NCBI GenBank assembly: GCA_050273025.1
Contig: CP158635.1
Span: 22,444,001-22,508,000, forward strand
Source: Cenococcum geophilum
Lineage: Eukaryota
Reading direction: 5' to 3'
Length of the DNA stretch: 64,000 bases
Part shown: positions 25,301-37,270 of the stretch, piece by piece
Numbering within the stretch: position 1 is the stretch's first letter
Layout of the letters: each line of letters begins with the position of its first letter
The notes under the pieces: model-generated
Database searches by the model: none
What the model was told of the DNA's origin: nothing
What the model saw: only the letters and a program-made list of their open reading frames with translations
Made by a program: the position numbers and the translations under genes

Positions 25301-26422
25301 TAAGGGGTAAGGTCCCTAGAGCTAGTAGTGGCTACTATATACTATGCTCCATAGGGGCGCAACACCCTATTATAGACTACTAGTCTCTATTTCGCATTAC
25401 CTATAAGAGTCTCCTTATAATAGGCCGACCGTATTTTATAGGAGGGGGCTATAAAGACGCTAGGTCCCGTACTAGGTAACCTACTCCCCCCTCTCCTACT
25501 AACTAAGCTTATATCTCCCCCTTTTATAAGCTAGCCTATATCTCTAACTATTAAAACCTTATCTAACTAGCCTATATTTCCCCTATAGCCTCCCCTATAT
25601 ATATATATTAGGTTATATATACTATACCTATTAAGACCCTCCTATAAGTTACCTATAAGTTAACTATAGGTCAAACGCTATAGGGCCGTCGAAGCTAGCC
25701 TATATTTCCGCTGCCTAGAGCTTTACCTATATTTCCACCTTATTAAGCTATCTAGTCGCTATTACGTCGCTATCACGTCGCTATCGCGTCTATTGTTTAG
25801 GTCGCGCACACTATACCTATTAAGACCCTCTTTTAAGTTACCTAGGTATTAGATACTAGATAGGCCCTATAGAGGGGCCTTAATGAGTTCTCTAGGTAGG
25901 GCCTTAATAAGTTCTTTATGGTAGCCTTAGGGCCTTAATAAGTTTTATATAAGGTATCTATAACGCGTTAACCTTAATAAGTTCTTATAAAAAGAGGTTC
26001 CCTACGCCCTCGCCGTGTCCCTATAATCTTAAAGCTAGTACAAGCCTAAGGGTATCCTATTATACGACTAGGGCGCATTTATATTAACTAACTAGATAAT
26101 AAGGCTAGTTTTAGGCCTAGCTATAAGCTAGGTAGTTATATATTAGGTGGTTTTTATATCCTAGTTTCCCTTAATAGGCCTTCCTAGGTAGTAGAGCAAG
26201 AGCCTTATATAGAGGCAGTAAGGCTCCTAGTGTTATTAAGGGCGATATATTATACATAGTACGCGTCACAAGCTTAACACCACAGAACCACAACAACAGC
26301 GCGCTGCATGCGCTGCGACGGCTCCCTACTATCGCCTCTGCACTTAGCCATTAAAAGGAACAATTTCCTAATAATATTTCCACCCGCGGCAATATAGACG
26401 CGTACAGTAGGGCTTTACGGGT
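22376..26422 (-). mobile_element. Internally deleted LINE (same family as 12425-15039), retains RT core
   Basis: 15-bp TSD TTTAGTAGCTATATA at 22361-22375 and 26423-26437; (TAA)n tail at 22376-22390; GILQGSPL and GF.DD motifs on minus (24000-24120). Confidence 0.9.
26338..26422 (-). ncRNA. HDV-like ribozyme relic at element 5' end
   Basis: Minus strand: P1 acccgta/cgcgggt followed by GG, P2 ctgtac/gtgcag, P3 gcg/tgc, L3 tctatat, P4 attaggaa..ttccttttaatgg, J4/2 ctaa. Confidence 0.7.
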
Positions 26423-27869
26423 TTTAGTAGCTATATAGTAATTAGATATTACCTAAAACTATTTAAAGACTTTATTATAGTAGTCCTTTAGAAACTATAG
26501 AACCCGTCCTACTTTATAGTAAAGGCCTACTAGCTAATTATATTACTTAATACTATTAAAAAGCCACTTTAAAATAATAGTAGCTAACTAGCTATTTAGA
26601 ATTATAGAAAAAATAGGTATATTATTAATTAGCTAAATAGAAATAAGGCTAGGGCACTTAATATAGATAGCGCTAGAGCTACTAACCTAATAGGTATATA
26701 TAGTATAGAGAAGTAACCTAAACCTAGTAGCTTTACTACTTAGCCTTAATATTTCTAAGGCCTTTAATTAAGTCTCTTATAAAAGAATAACCTATAATAT
26801 AAATAGTATAGTTTATAAAACCCTTCCTTAAAGATTAAGTAATAAGGCTTTTAATTAGGGGCTATATAGCGTAAATAATATAGACGAATACTAGTATATT
26901 CTAAGGCTTAGCGCTATTACTAATCCTTTTTCTTTTCTTTATCTATATACTTTTACTAGAGCTATAAGGGGATACTACTATAGTATTTAGGTTCGTTAAT
27001 AACTCTAATATACTAATATATAGTAAAACTACGGAGAAGAATTATAAAGCCTTAAAAAGGGTGTATAAAGTATATATAGCGTAAGCACGCCAGTATAAAG
27101 TAGTATTTACCCCTAAAAGTATTACCTTATCTACTTTATAAGGAGCTATAAGAAGTTTAATATAAAGGCTATAGTTAATATACGTAGTTTTATAGAGTGC
27201 CTAGTTAGTAACCTATATATACTAGGAGTATAGGTTAACTTAAAGCTTAAATAAAGGCCATATATTAATATCGTTAAAGCAAAAATAGTTACTAAAATAA
27301 CCGTATTAACCCGGCTTATAGCTTTTATATAGGGCGCCTCCTTTTAAAAGGCATAAATAGTATACTCTGCTATAGTCTAGCTAGCAATCTTATATAGATA
27401 TAGTACCTAATACTTACTACTAAAGTAAATAAAGCCTAAGAAGATAAGTAAAACTAAGCTACGCTAGCGAGGCGTAGTATAAAACCTATATCTCTATATT
27501 ATTATAGGGGTGTATAAATTAATACTAATAGTAGTACTTAAATATAAGATAGGGTTTCCGCTGCTCTAGATATACTTAAAGGAGCTAGCTATAGCCTACG
27601 CAGAGAAAACGTAGAAGGGGCTAATAAAAGGGTATATTAAGAGGAAATATAATACTATGCAAGCTATAATAGCCTACTAGCTCTAGCCTAGAATAAAGCT
27701 ATTAATACAGCCTACTAAATAGGATAAGCTTAAGAGGATAGCGGCTACTATTATAGAGATAGATATATAGCTGGTAGACCTATCTAAAGTATAGTATAGA
27801 AAGAGTAGAAGGGCTAAGGTATAAAAGACGTTTAAAAAGTAATAGAAAAGGGAGTAGGGAAAGTATTAG

Positions 27870-29428
27870 AGTATACTTACCTACTATATAATGGCCTAGG
27901 CTAAGCTATAGAGTACGTAGAGACTATTTTAATAAGCTATTAATATAGTAGAAGGCGAGATAATAGTCTTAGAGGACTTTAATTTATATTATATAGCCTA
28001 GGGATAATAGTAAACTATAGTAGAAGTATAGTTAACCTACTTACTTAACAAACTAGAAACGCAAGGCCTCGCTCTAACTACTTTAATTAGCAAACCTACC
28101 TAGGAAAGAGGTACTTAAGAAAGTATAATTAACTTTACATTTATATAAAAAGCGCTTATAGACCGGCTAGTACTTTACGGGCTAGAAAATATATAGGCAC
28201 TAACTATAGACTATATACCTATATGGATAACTCTTAATATCGCTATATTAGCGTATTAAACTCGCTAGAGATATACTATTAGAAAACTTAACTAAGAAAA
28301 ATATACCTAGGAAATTACTAATAGACTGGCGATAATACCTTAGGTAATGCTAAAGGATATCTAGGGTACTATAAGCAACTGCCTAGAAGAATACTACCTA
28401 AAGGCCTAGCTTAGTAAATTCGCCCGGCGCGAGTAGTCGCTTAAGGTAGTATAGCTACTTATAGGCATAAAAAGAGCAAGGTAATAGTATAGCGCAATAG
28501 GCTTAAGAAGGTAATATAAAAGGAGAGTAGAAATAGTTAGGGCTACTTCTTAGAGGAAATTATCTTAGACCCTACTAAACTATATAACTAGGGACTTTAG
28601 CGAATATTAAAGTAGAGTAAGTAAGCCGTAGGGAAAATGTTAGGGGACCCCTATCTCCTTATACTCCGCCAGATAGAATATAACTAGTATATAAATAATA
28701 CTAAGGAAAAGATAAAAATACTAGCGGAGATATTCTTTTTAGGCGTAGGCTAAGCGGACCTATAAGATACTAATAGCTAAGACTACCCCCTACCCCTAGA
28801 GATAAGCTAGATAGTCTTAATAAAGGAAATAAAAGAAGCTTTATAGAAGCTCCTTACTAGTAAGGCGGTAGGGCTAGATAAAATCCTAAATAAGGCAATT
28901 AAAGCTATATTAAAAGCCTTAATAATACTACTAGCTAACGCTATAACTACCTACCTTTATAAAGGTAAGCTACTAGACTATTATAATATAATAATTATAG
29001 TCGTTCTAAGAAAGGTAAATAAAAAGGACTACTCCCTCCTAGAAAGCTACTAACTAATTACACTTAAGAATATAATAGGAAAGCTTCTAAAAAAGATAGT
29101 TATCGAACGTATATAAGAAGCCGTAGAGGCGTAAGGACTGCTACTATAGACGTAAATAGGCGCAAGGAAGAAGCGTTTAACACTCTTAGCCCTCTCTTTA
29201 ATTACCTCTAGTATATAAGCTGCGTAGTATCTATACTAAGCCTAGACCTAAGCGGAGCCTTTAATAAGATATTATATAAGAGACTCCTATAGATCCTAAG
29301 AAAGAAGGTCCTACTAGACTAGATAGTTAGGTTTACCTAAGCCTTCCTAATAGGGCGTACTACTAAGATAGTATTTAAGGGCTATAAAAGCGAAATAATA
29401 CTAATGCTAATACTAATAGGTATTCTAT
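27870..29428 (+). mobile_element. Tad1-like LINE ORF2 fragment (EN and N-terminal RT), cut by piggyBac
   Basis: DFNLHH..W (~27975), TIDHIPI (28203), RT region closely similar to 12330-12420/15050-15530, ending at GI(P) ~29428. Confidence 0.8.
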
Positions 29429-32400
29429 CCCTTATACCGTTAATTTCGTCCATAAATATATAGCCTAAGCTTAACTAATTAATCCTACTTATTTACAAGC
29501 GGTTAGTAATTCTACTATAATACAAAAAAATATATAGTTAAAATAAAATAGCTTACTATTTAGAGCTTATACGCTTAATATACTCCTTTTAGTATAGACT
29601 AGATTAATAGAGCGAAATGCGATAGAGCCTATACCTAAATTTAGTATATAGCGTCTACTTTAGACGCTTTAAATCCTTTTTACGCCTTATTAAGGAATTA
29701 TATAATAGCTTATATAGAAGCTTCCTTCTATTAGACCTTATAATTATAGTCCTTTTTCTAGCCTTAGCGTACACTAAATATATCTTATCTACCCTATTAA
29801 TAATAACTAGCTTATATCCGTAATTTATAGGTATTTAGGAGACGATTTGGCTCATAGATAGACAAGTTTCTAATATATTAGTAGGCTAAATTAAATACTT
29901 AAAAAGGGCGTTTATAAGATCTACTATAAAGTTCTTATGCCTAGTTTTATATAGCTAGCTAGATATAGTAAAAGAAGATAGCTTATAGTAGTTAGTAATA
30001 ATTATATTAATTAGGAAGTAGAATAGCGGCTTTTAGATACGCTTATAAACTCTTAAAAAGGTATAATAATACCTTATTTAGTCCGCTATATCTACGCCTT
30101 TTATAAAGTAGTTATAGAAGTTAATAAAATATAGGATCTAGAGCTATTTACGTACCTTATCGCCGAAAATCTTATATACTTAAGCTACTTTTATAGCTAT
30201 AGTAGCCGGACACTTCCTTTCTTAAAGTACCTTTATAAAAGCTAATAATATATAACTTTAGTAAGATAGCCGTAGAGTTAAAGTAGTTAAGTTACTTATT
30301 ATCTACGGTAGTTCTTATAAAGAGAACTGTCTACGTATCTTTCTAAGTAAATTCTATCATAGTATTATTATTTAATATAGCTATATAATGTATACTTTAT
30401 AGAATCTTAGAACTATAGAAGAGCCTAAGCTATATAAGCTATAGCTTAATTTGTTTATTATATAACTTATTATATAGCCCGTCGCTTTTCTCCTACTCTT
30501 TATACTTTATTTTTATTATTCTAACTATTCTAGCACCACTAATCCCTTTTTTTAAGGTCTTAAAAGAAGTTTAATAAAGGTAAAGAGGTTATCTAGCTAA
30601 ACTATATACTTATTTAGAGAGTAAAGGCGCTTTTTAAAATTCTTCTCTACCTATATTAGTAAATTAAGTACTACTAATTCTATTTTAGTAAATCCTTTCT
30701 CTTTCTATTAATACTTATCTAGCTTAAAGAAACTCTTCTTCTTACCCTTTATATAATATATCTAATTAGAGCTGTATAAAATTAGCCTCTATACCTCTAT
30801 GCGGTAGAGCCCAGGAACCTAGCAGCTACTATTAGTATTTTATTAGGATTATACTAATAGACTACTAGAGTAAACGTAGAGACATATATATAGCAGCGCA
30901 GCGCTAGTACTACAACGTGGTAGTAGTGCGTAGAATTTTCTTACTAGGAGGGTAAGCCCTAACGGAGGCTTACGAATATAACTATTACGTCTTTACGTAC
31001 ATCTAGTATACTTAAACCACGGCATCTACTTATAGCGTCCCCCTTCCTCTTATATGGTATAACGATATACTATACGGCACCTATACGCGGTTAAACTATA
31101 TATACCTCGTAGGTAGAGTCTATCTACCTTCTTATTGTGTCTTCCTCTACTTTAACCCCCCTAACTTTATTCTATTACATTAGTAGTATAGGTACTTAGT
31201 TATAGGGGCTTAGTATACTTCTATTGCTAGTATAATACTAGATTAAGTACGCTATTAGATATAGAGAGATAGGAGGTAGGTTAAATACCTTAGGGAGGGT
31301 TATAGAAGGACAGTAGGTAGGCGTATATACGTATATAGGGTAGTAAGAGGCTAGGGATAGGCAAATGATATCTAATAGCAATCTATAATAATATAGAAGT
31401 ATAGTATAAAGGGTAGATAGGGTAAGATAGGCTATTAGGGACTATTAGTCTTAGAGCAGTTAACCTAATAGTATTTTTCCTTCTATTAATATAGTATAGG
31501 CGTAATACTTAGAGGGGTATATGCTGTATTACTACTTACGTCTCCCTTAAAGGTTTTTTATACCTAAATTATTAGTATTTATCTATATAGACTAAGTTTA
31601 GGACCGTATAAGATATTAATTAAGAAGGTAGCCTTAATTTACTAGGACCTATATCTTATAACCTTCTATTATTAGCTTTATTAGAATATTAACTATTTTA
31701 AATACCTAGCTAGTAAACCGGTTAGTTGTCTTATTAATAGTAAGATAGACTCTAGGGTAATAATATTAATAATAGTAAGTTTAAATATACTTACTAAGGT
31801 CCTAAATACGTTTAAAGGTACTATAGAAGGCCTTATTACGATCTTTTTAAGGTATAGTATAGTAGAAATAGCGGTTAATCTGCTGCTATCTCGTATAGAA
31901 AATATATTCGCGATATATATATATATATCGTTCTACGCCGAAAGTTCTATCGCCAATAGTCTTTAATAGTTAGTTTAATATAAATTCCTATATAGATTAG
32001 CACTATAAAGTATACATAAAGCTCTAGCTTATATATTAACTTCTATATATATAGGCGTCCCTTTAGCTATTTATCCTCTAGTGTTAAATACAGCTCTATA
32101 TATAGTTTAGTAAAGTTTACTAGTTTATTAAGTAGCTTATTAGTAAAGAATAGCTTAAATATACTATATGCATTGCCTAGATTAACGTTATATAGAAGAT
32201 TTAGGCGTCTATATTCGTTATTATTATTAATATATAGAGGTATGAAATTAAGTAGAGGCCTAGGCTAAGGGGGGGCTTTTTTCTTTAAACTAGCTAGCTA
32301 GTTTAGATATATAGTTAGTAGAATTAAGTCCTCGTTATTAAAAGCCTATTTCTTACCATAGTGTTAATATATATAGGGTGTTGATAGTATTGTTTACATT

Positions 32401-32650
32401 TTAGTGCTGGAGGTTTTGATGTTCTTGAGGTCGCGCATAGGCCATATCTGCACGGCCGACGACGGTGTAAACTAGGCCGTTTCGGGCCTAGCGCCCCGAC
32501 CGTCCGCGCCTGGACGGTTACCATCCGAGAAGAATTTTATAGCGTGGCAGAATATGGCAGATTGCGGCAGGTTGCGGTAGATTACGGTAAAGTGCGGTCT
32601 TATAACTGGGCCTAATTAGTAGGCGTGCGTAAGGTATTATAGGGTGGTTC
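29429..32650 (-). mobile_element. piggyBac-family DNA transposon relic
   Basis: Minus-strand de-RIP motifs: FKLFFTDELL (~32150), PGVHLAVDE..RFTG..IPTKP..EGYKIW (31640-31760), VWLDNLF (~30590), FYNHFMKGVDIADQ (30080-30125). Left end starts CCCTT; right boundary uncertain. Confidence 0.85.
30769..31622 (+). mobile_element. SINE-like retroposon, copy 2, inserted in the piggyBac transposase
   Basis: Homologous to copy 1; the transposase frame (GYLLNW-IYHAKG) rejoins across it; 5' HDV-like fold at 30769-30881. Confidence 0.9.
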
Positions 32651-33083
32651 TATGATGCTACGTAAGTTAAGCGGTATCTATATATATAGATGGCAACTAT
32701 AAAAGAAGAGTTACTAGTATCGGGAATAAGGCAAGCGGTTGTTACGTATCGCCGTGGCACTAGCGTGGCGAGGAGTCTTAGGCTCCTTGTCCTTCCTTAT
32801 TTCTACAAGCATATTAACCAACATCACTGTAACCTACTCGAGTAGTCGTTATTGGTGAGTCACCCTATGTGACCAATACTTAGGATAATTAAGTGGATAT
32901 AAGTAGGATATAAAGGGTGGCTTAGGGAAATAGACAGAGCGTTTAGGACTTATAATTAACTAGCAGCGAAAATAGGGTAAGAAGTAACGAACTGGTATAT
33001 ATATCCCTTCTATAGTTCCCCTAGGTTTTAAATTATATATTATTTAGAGGTAAAATAACGCCTTAGCGATGTTATTAAACGAA

Positions 33084-33106
33084 CCCCCCCCCCCCCCCCC
33101 CCCCCC
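33084..33106. repeat. poly(C)23 tract
   Basis: Seen directly. Confidence 0.95.
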
Positions 33107-33431
33107 AATATATAATAGATATTAATAGCTAAGAAGGATTATATTAACTAGATAACCCTTAATATATTTAACGTGTCTATTTTTATTATTTTAACCTACT
33201 GCACCACACTTCTCGTTCGCCACTAATTTATAAGCTGTAAGCTTTACAGTATAGGAAGAATTGTATAAACGACTTAATTCTAAATTTATGGAAATTAAGT
33301 AATATAAATACATAAGGAAGGTGTAGGTAATAAGATAAAAGGAGAGATTAATATGTAGCTAAAATAGGGTGATACGCAGTCGAGACAGGGTCGTATTTTG
33401 GTAGGGTATTAGTACTAGTAGTTGGTTACAT

Positions 33432-35639
33432 TAATAATGCAACTAGTTAAGTTACTTTATTAAATAGGTTTGGTTAAACCAAAATTAAAAGCTTAACTAG
33501 TTAGACAATTCTATTGGCTTAATCTAGATCAGTTTTAAAGCTTTGGTAATAACTAGGTAACTAGGAATTAGTAAGGCCTTAATAATAAGGATTTAGGTAA
33601 GGGCGAACGCCACCTAAGAGAGCTAAGCCTTGTTATATTGGCTTAAAATCACTATATAGCAACGCCCGATTTGACCCGTTTAAGGCTTTATAAATAGCCG
33701 ACTTAATCTAATATAGTTAATTTGGGGAAGTTAATCAAGCTAAGGTGGTTAATCCTTACCGCGTCGTCCTTACTGCGTCGACCCTACCGCGTTATCCTTA
33801 TTGCGTCGTCCTTATCGCGTCGTCCTTATCGCGTTGCCCTTATTACTATTTATATACTGCCCTTATTATTCTATCTTTTTAAGTCGCAATAGAGGCCTAG
33901 TGGCAGAGAGGGGCTTATTTAAATCGTTTACTAATTAATTATATATTATACAAAGTTAAATCTAGAGCCTTATTATGGAGCCTTACTAAACAATTAACTT
34001 AATTACATATTTAAATAACCTATGGTAGTAGCCGCCACTAATTACAAAACGGGTAACACTAAAAGGCGTACGGATTGACAGATTATAAATATAGAGGCGA
34101 TTTGCAACCGAATATTCCCTAACTTCTTTACTAGCTTATTTAAAGTAATGCAACGCGATAAAACTTATATTTTAGCTCTATTGTACAAGAAATTAATTAT
34201 AAGTAATATATCTAGACGTTCTGCGATACCCATATACCAAAACGCGGCGAAGGTATAAAAAATGACCGTCTTATAATATACCACTGGTTTCTTCTTAAAA
34301 AGCTTTCCTCTGTTCTACAGCCATTTTATAAAGCTACTATATATAGCCAAGGCTATAAGTATACACTCTACCGCTGGTTTACTACTATAGATTGGCTTTT
34401 TAACCGCACATTTAACGCCCAGATAGATTTTAAAGAGCTCCAACTTTAATACAGTAATAGCGAGGAATACACCTACCTAGAAGCCGCTGCCTGTTCCTTA
34501 TAGAAGAAGTGTAAAGAGTACTATAAATGCGCAGACGATAGCGCTGCCTACTATGCCGCGCAGGTTCTTCTGCCAAATAAGAAATAGTAGTAGTTTTAAC
34601 AAAAATTTAAGTAAGATAAGAATAAGAAGCACTAGCTCTGCGGTAGGCCTAAGGATCTAAATAATCGCGGTATTAAAGGCCTAGTAAAGGACCTCTGGCT
34701 AGAGGAATATAAAGGCAAGTATACACCCGCCGTCGTCGCTAAGCAGCCTCTACTAATTTGCTATATACCTAGTAAGACTTTTGGTAGACTATATACTTAT
34801 AAATAAATTAAAGCTATACCTCTTGCTTAAGCCGACGCCTATTAAACCTATATTAAAGCCGACCTAGAAACTACCAACAATCCTCTAGCTTATTAAAACA
34901 GCCTTTACCTCTTATAACCAAACCTTACCCAATTTGCCCTCAATATATTAGCTATACCGTTAATAAGCGCCGAATGCAAACATGTGTTTAGTTCCGCTAA
35001 GCACCTTATTACTAACTCTTATAATCGGCTTAAAGCTAATATTATTAAAGCGAACAAGTGCCTTAAGTCCTGGTTCGGGCGGCCGCAAGCCAGAGCTTTT
35101 AAAAAGGGTGTTAATCCTAACGTTAATAAGCAATATGAGGAGGAAGCTACTACTAAGAAAGCTGCTGCTAAAGTTAACGCGTTAGCTAATATAAATATAT
35201 AGGAAGCTTATAAGCCGGAAGATAAGAAAGAAGATAAGGATAAAGATAAGGAGGAGGAGGATAAGGATAAGGAGGAAGATAAGAACGATTTAAGCGATAA
35301 TAGTATTAAATATACAGTAGTTAACAACTAATCGTCGCTCAATACTATGCCAAGACTCGCGATAGTAGGTACGATATTATAATTCGCTTATTAATTACTA
35401 ATATCACTAACATATTGCGAGCTTTGTAAGCTCTCTATATACTATTTTCTTTATACAACTTCTCTATGCCTCCTTTAAGCGCCTCTACCACTTTATACAC
35501 TATATTGCTCTAAAATCTATATATTTTATCTAGTTAATTTGGTTTAACTGGTTATATAATTAGTTCGGAGCCTTAAATCCGAATTTTGGATTAGGTTTAA
35601 CCTTATTTTTAAAACCTAACCTAACCTTTTACATTACTA
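33432..35639 (+). mobile_element. hAT DNA transposon (internally deleted, RIP'd)
   Basis: TIR TAATAATGCAA / TTACATTACTA, 8-bp TSD GGTTACAT (33424-33431) / GGTTATAT (35640-35647); dimerisation motif LAIP.MSAEC.HVFSSAK..RNRLKA..I.ANECLKSW (34945-35072); 14-bp subterminal tandem repeats 33752-33840. Confidence 0.92.
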
Positions 35640-36069
35640 GGTTATATAAGCTTTAGGCGTTCTTTACTTATATACTTTAAATAAAATAAGGGTCTAACAA
35701 TAAGCAAGCTACGAGAACCTAAAGAAATAAACCATTATTTTATTATTGGTATTAACCAGGCTCTTTATATATACGTTATAGTTAGGATTAGCCTAAGCAA
35801 TACCCGCTAAAGAATATATCTTCCTACTTACGCTAATAGCTTATTACCATTCGCCATTAATTTCCTATTCGTCTTTCATATCTACTCTTTCACATTTAGT
35901 CTTATCCCTTTATAGTTGCTATCTTAGTGTTTATTAATTTTAGGGAGAAATATGCAATCCTTTAGCAGCTTTAGAAATTAAATACGCTATCTTATAGCTT
36001 AAGAATTAAGTAATATTAAAAGCTTTAAATTCCTAAGCACAAGTCTTTAATTCTATTAATTTAATTGGT

Positions 36070-37270
36070 TACCTCTTATCAATAACCGTAGGGCCTATTT
36101 TAACATTATAAGGGATATATTACCATGTACTATTTAACAAAAGAGAACCCTTTACCGTAGTCGTAATAGATACTTTACTTACTAATTATTCTATTTAAGT
36201 AGGTTATGCTAGCGGCAAGGTTTTATAGTATAGCACAGCCGTAGTTATAGAAACCGAACTAGGTGGTACTAAGGGACGTATATACTTAAAGCTACCAATA
36301 TAGTACTAACACCAGTACTACTAATAGGAGCGGCAATACTTAAAGGAGTAGCTAAATTAGTAGCTATATTTGTAACGATAAGGGTTATAAAGGATGTTAG
36401 AGCTATAGCTATAGAGGATACACCTAGAGTAAATACGCCACCTAGGTTAAAGGTTGCCGTAGGTATAGAAACGGCGCTAATAGCTACTAGCGCGCTAGTA
36501 AAAGCAAAGGAGGTAACCCTACCAGTTACTATAGCCCCACTAGCCAAACCTAGAGTTCCTACTCTAGCGCCTATCTTAGTTATAAAAGCGCAGTCCCTAC
36601 TAAAAGAGGTACTAATATCCACTGCCTATTAAGTCCCAATAGAGTCGCCGGGATTTAGGAATTAGTAGTTAAAATTCTCAGAAATATTATAGGTCTTAAA
36701 AGGAATATTAGCGACAAATATATTTAGAAGCTTCTCTATAACCAAGTTGTTATTACCGCCACTAGTTACTATAATTAGTAGATAGTTTATATATATCTCG
36801 CGGTTACCAACCTTATTAAACTATATCTAGCCTAGAGTATACTAACTATTTAGTATACCCTTAGGAAGCGTATACTAGAAAATAGTAGTATTATTACTAT
36901 TTATATTACCAGGAAGATTTCTAGTGGCATTTAAAGGGCAACCGCCGATAATGCTATGGATAACTTTCTACTAGCTATTCTTTATAGGCTCCTTATTTAA
37001 GGTAACACTGACCTAATAGAAGCCCCTACTATAGACCGCACTACTAATAAAGCTAAGCTCTTAAGGAACGCCCACTTTAATATTATTTATCTCTAAAATA
37101 TCGTAAACACTAGTGCGCTGCTTGTAGGGGAGATCGTCTCCTATATTATTAAGGGGACTATTATTTAGAGTATCTTTGCCATACAGTATAGGCGTATTTA
37201 ACTTTATATACGCATTAACTAAGGCGAAAAGTGTAAAGGTTATAGTTACTAAGGTACTTAGTACTAACAT
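36070..37270 (-). pseudogene. AA11-family lytic chitin monooxygenase (LPMO), RIP-inactivated
   Basis: Signal peptide then (H>Y)(M>I)KLNTP..YGKDTLNNSPL..GDD.PCK..SFIGSAVHGGGSCQVSVTLD.EP.K..WKVIHS..GGCP..LAW.WFNKVGNRE, followed by Ser/Thr/Ala-rich linker. The 3' boundary is approximate. Confidence 0.9.

Larger units (their letters stand above)
18570..27870 (+). mobile_element. Tad1-like LINE relic (ORF1 and ORF2), split by a 4-kb antisense insertion
   Basis: ORF1 knuckle QCFKCQGFDH (~19670); EN LLGDFNLHH (~20710) and GSDHF (~20951); RT KAPG (22281), AYRPITLL (26523), LSLDISKAFD (26738), FVDD (~26992), HGAVFAP (27090). Boundaries approximate. Confidence 0.8.
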
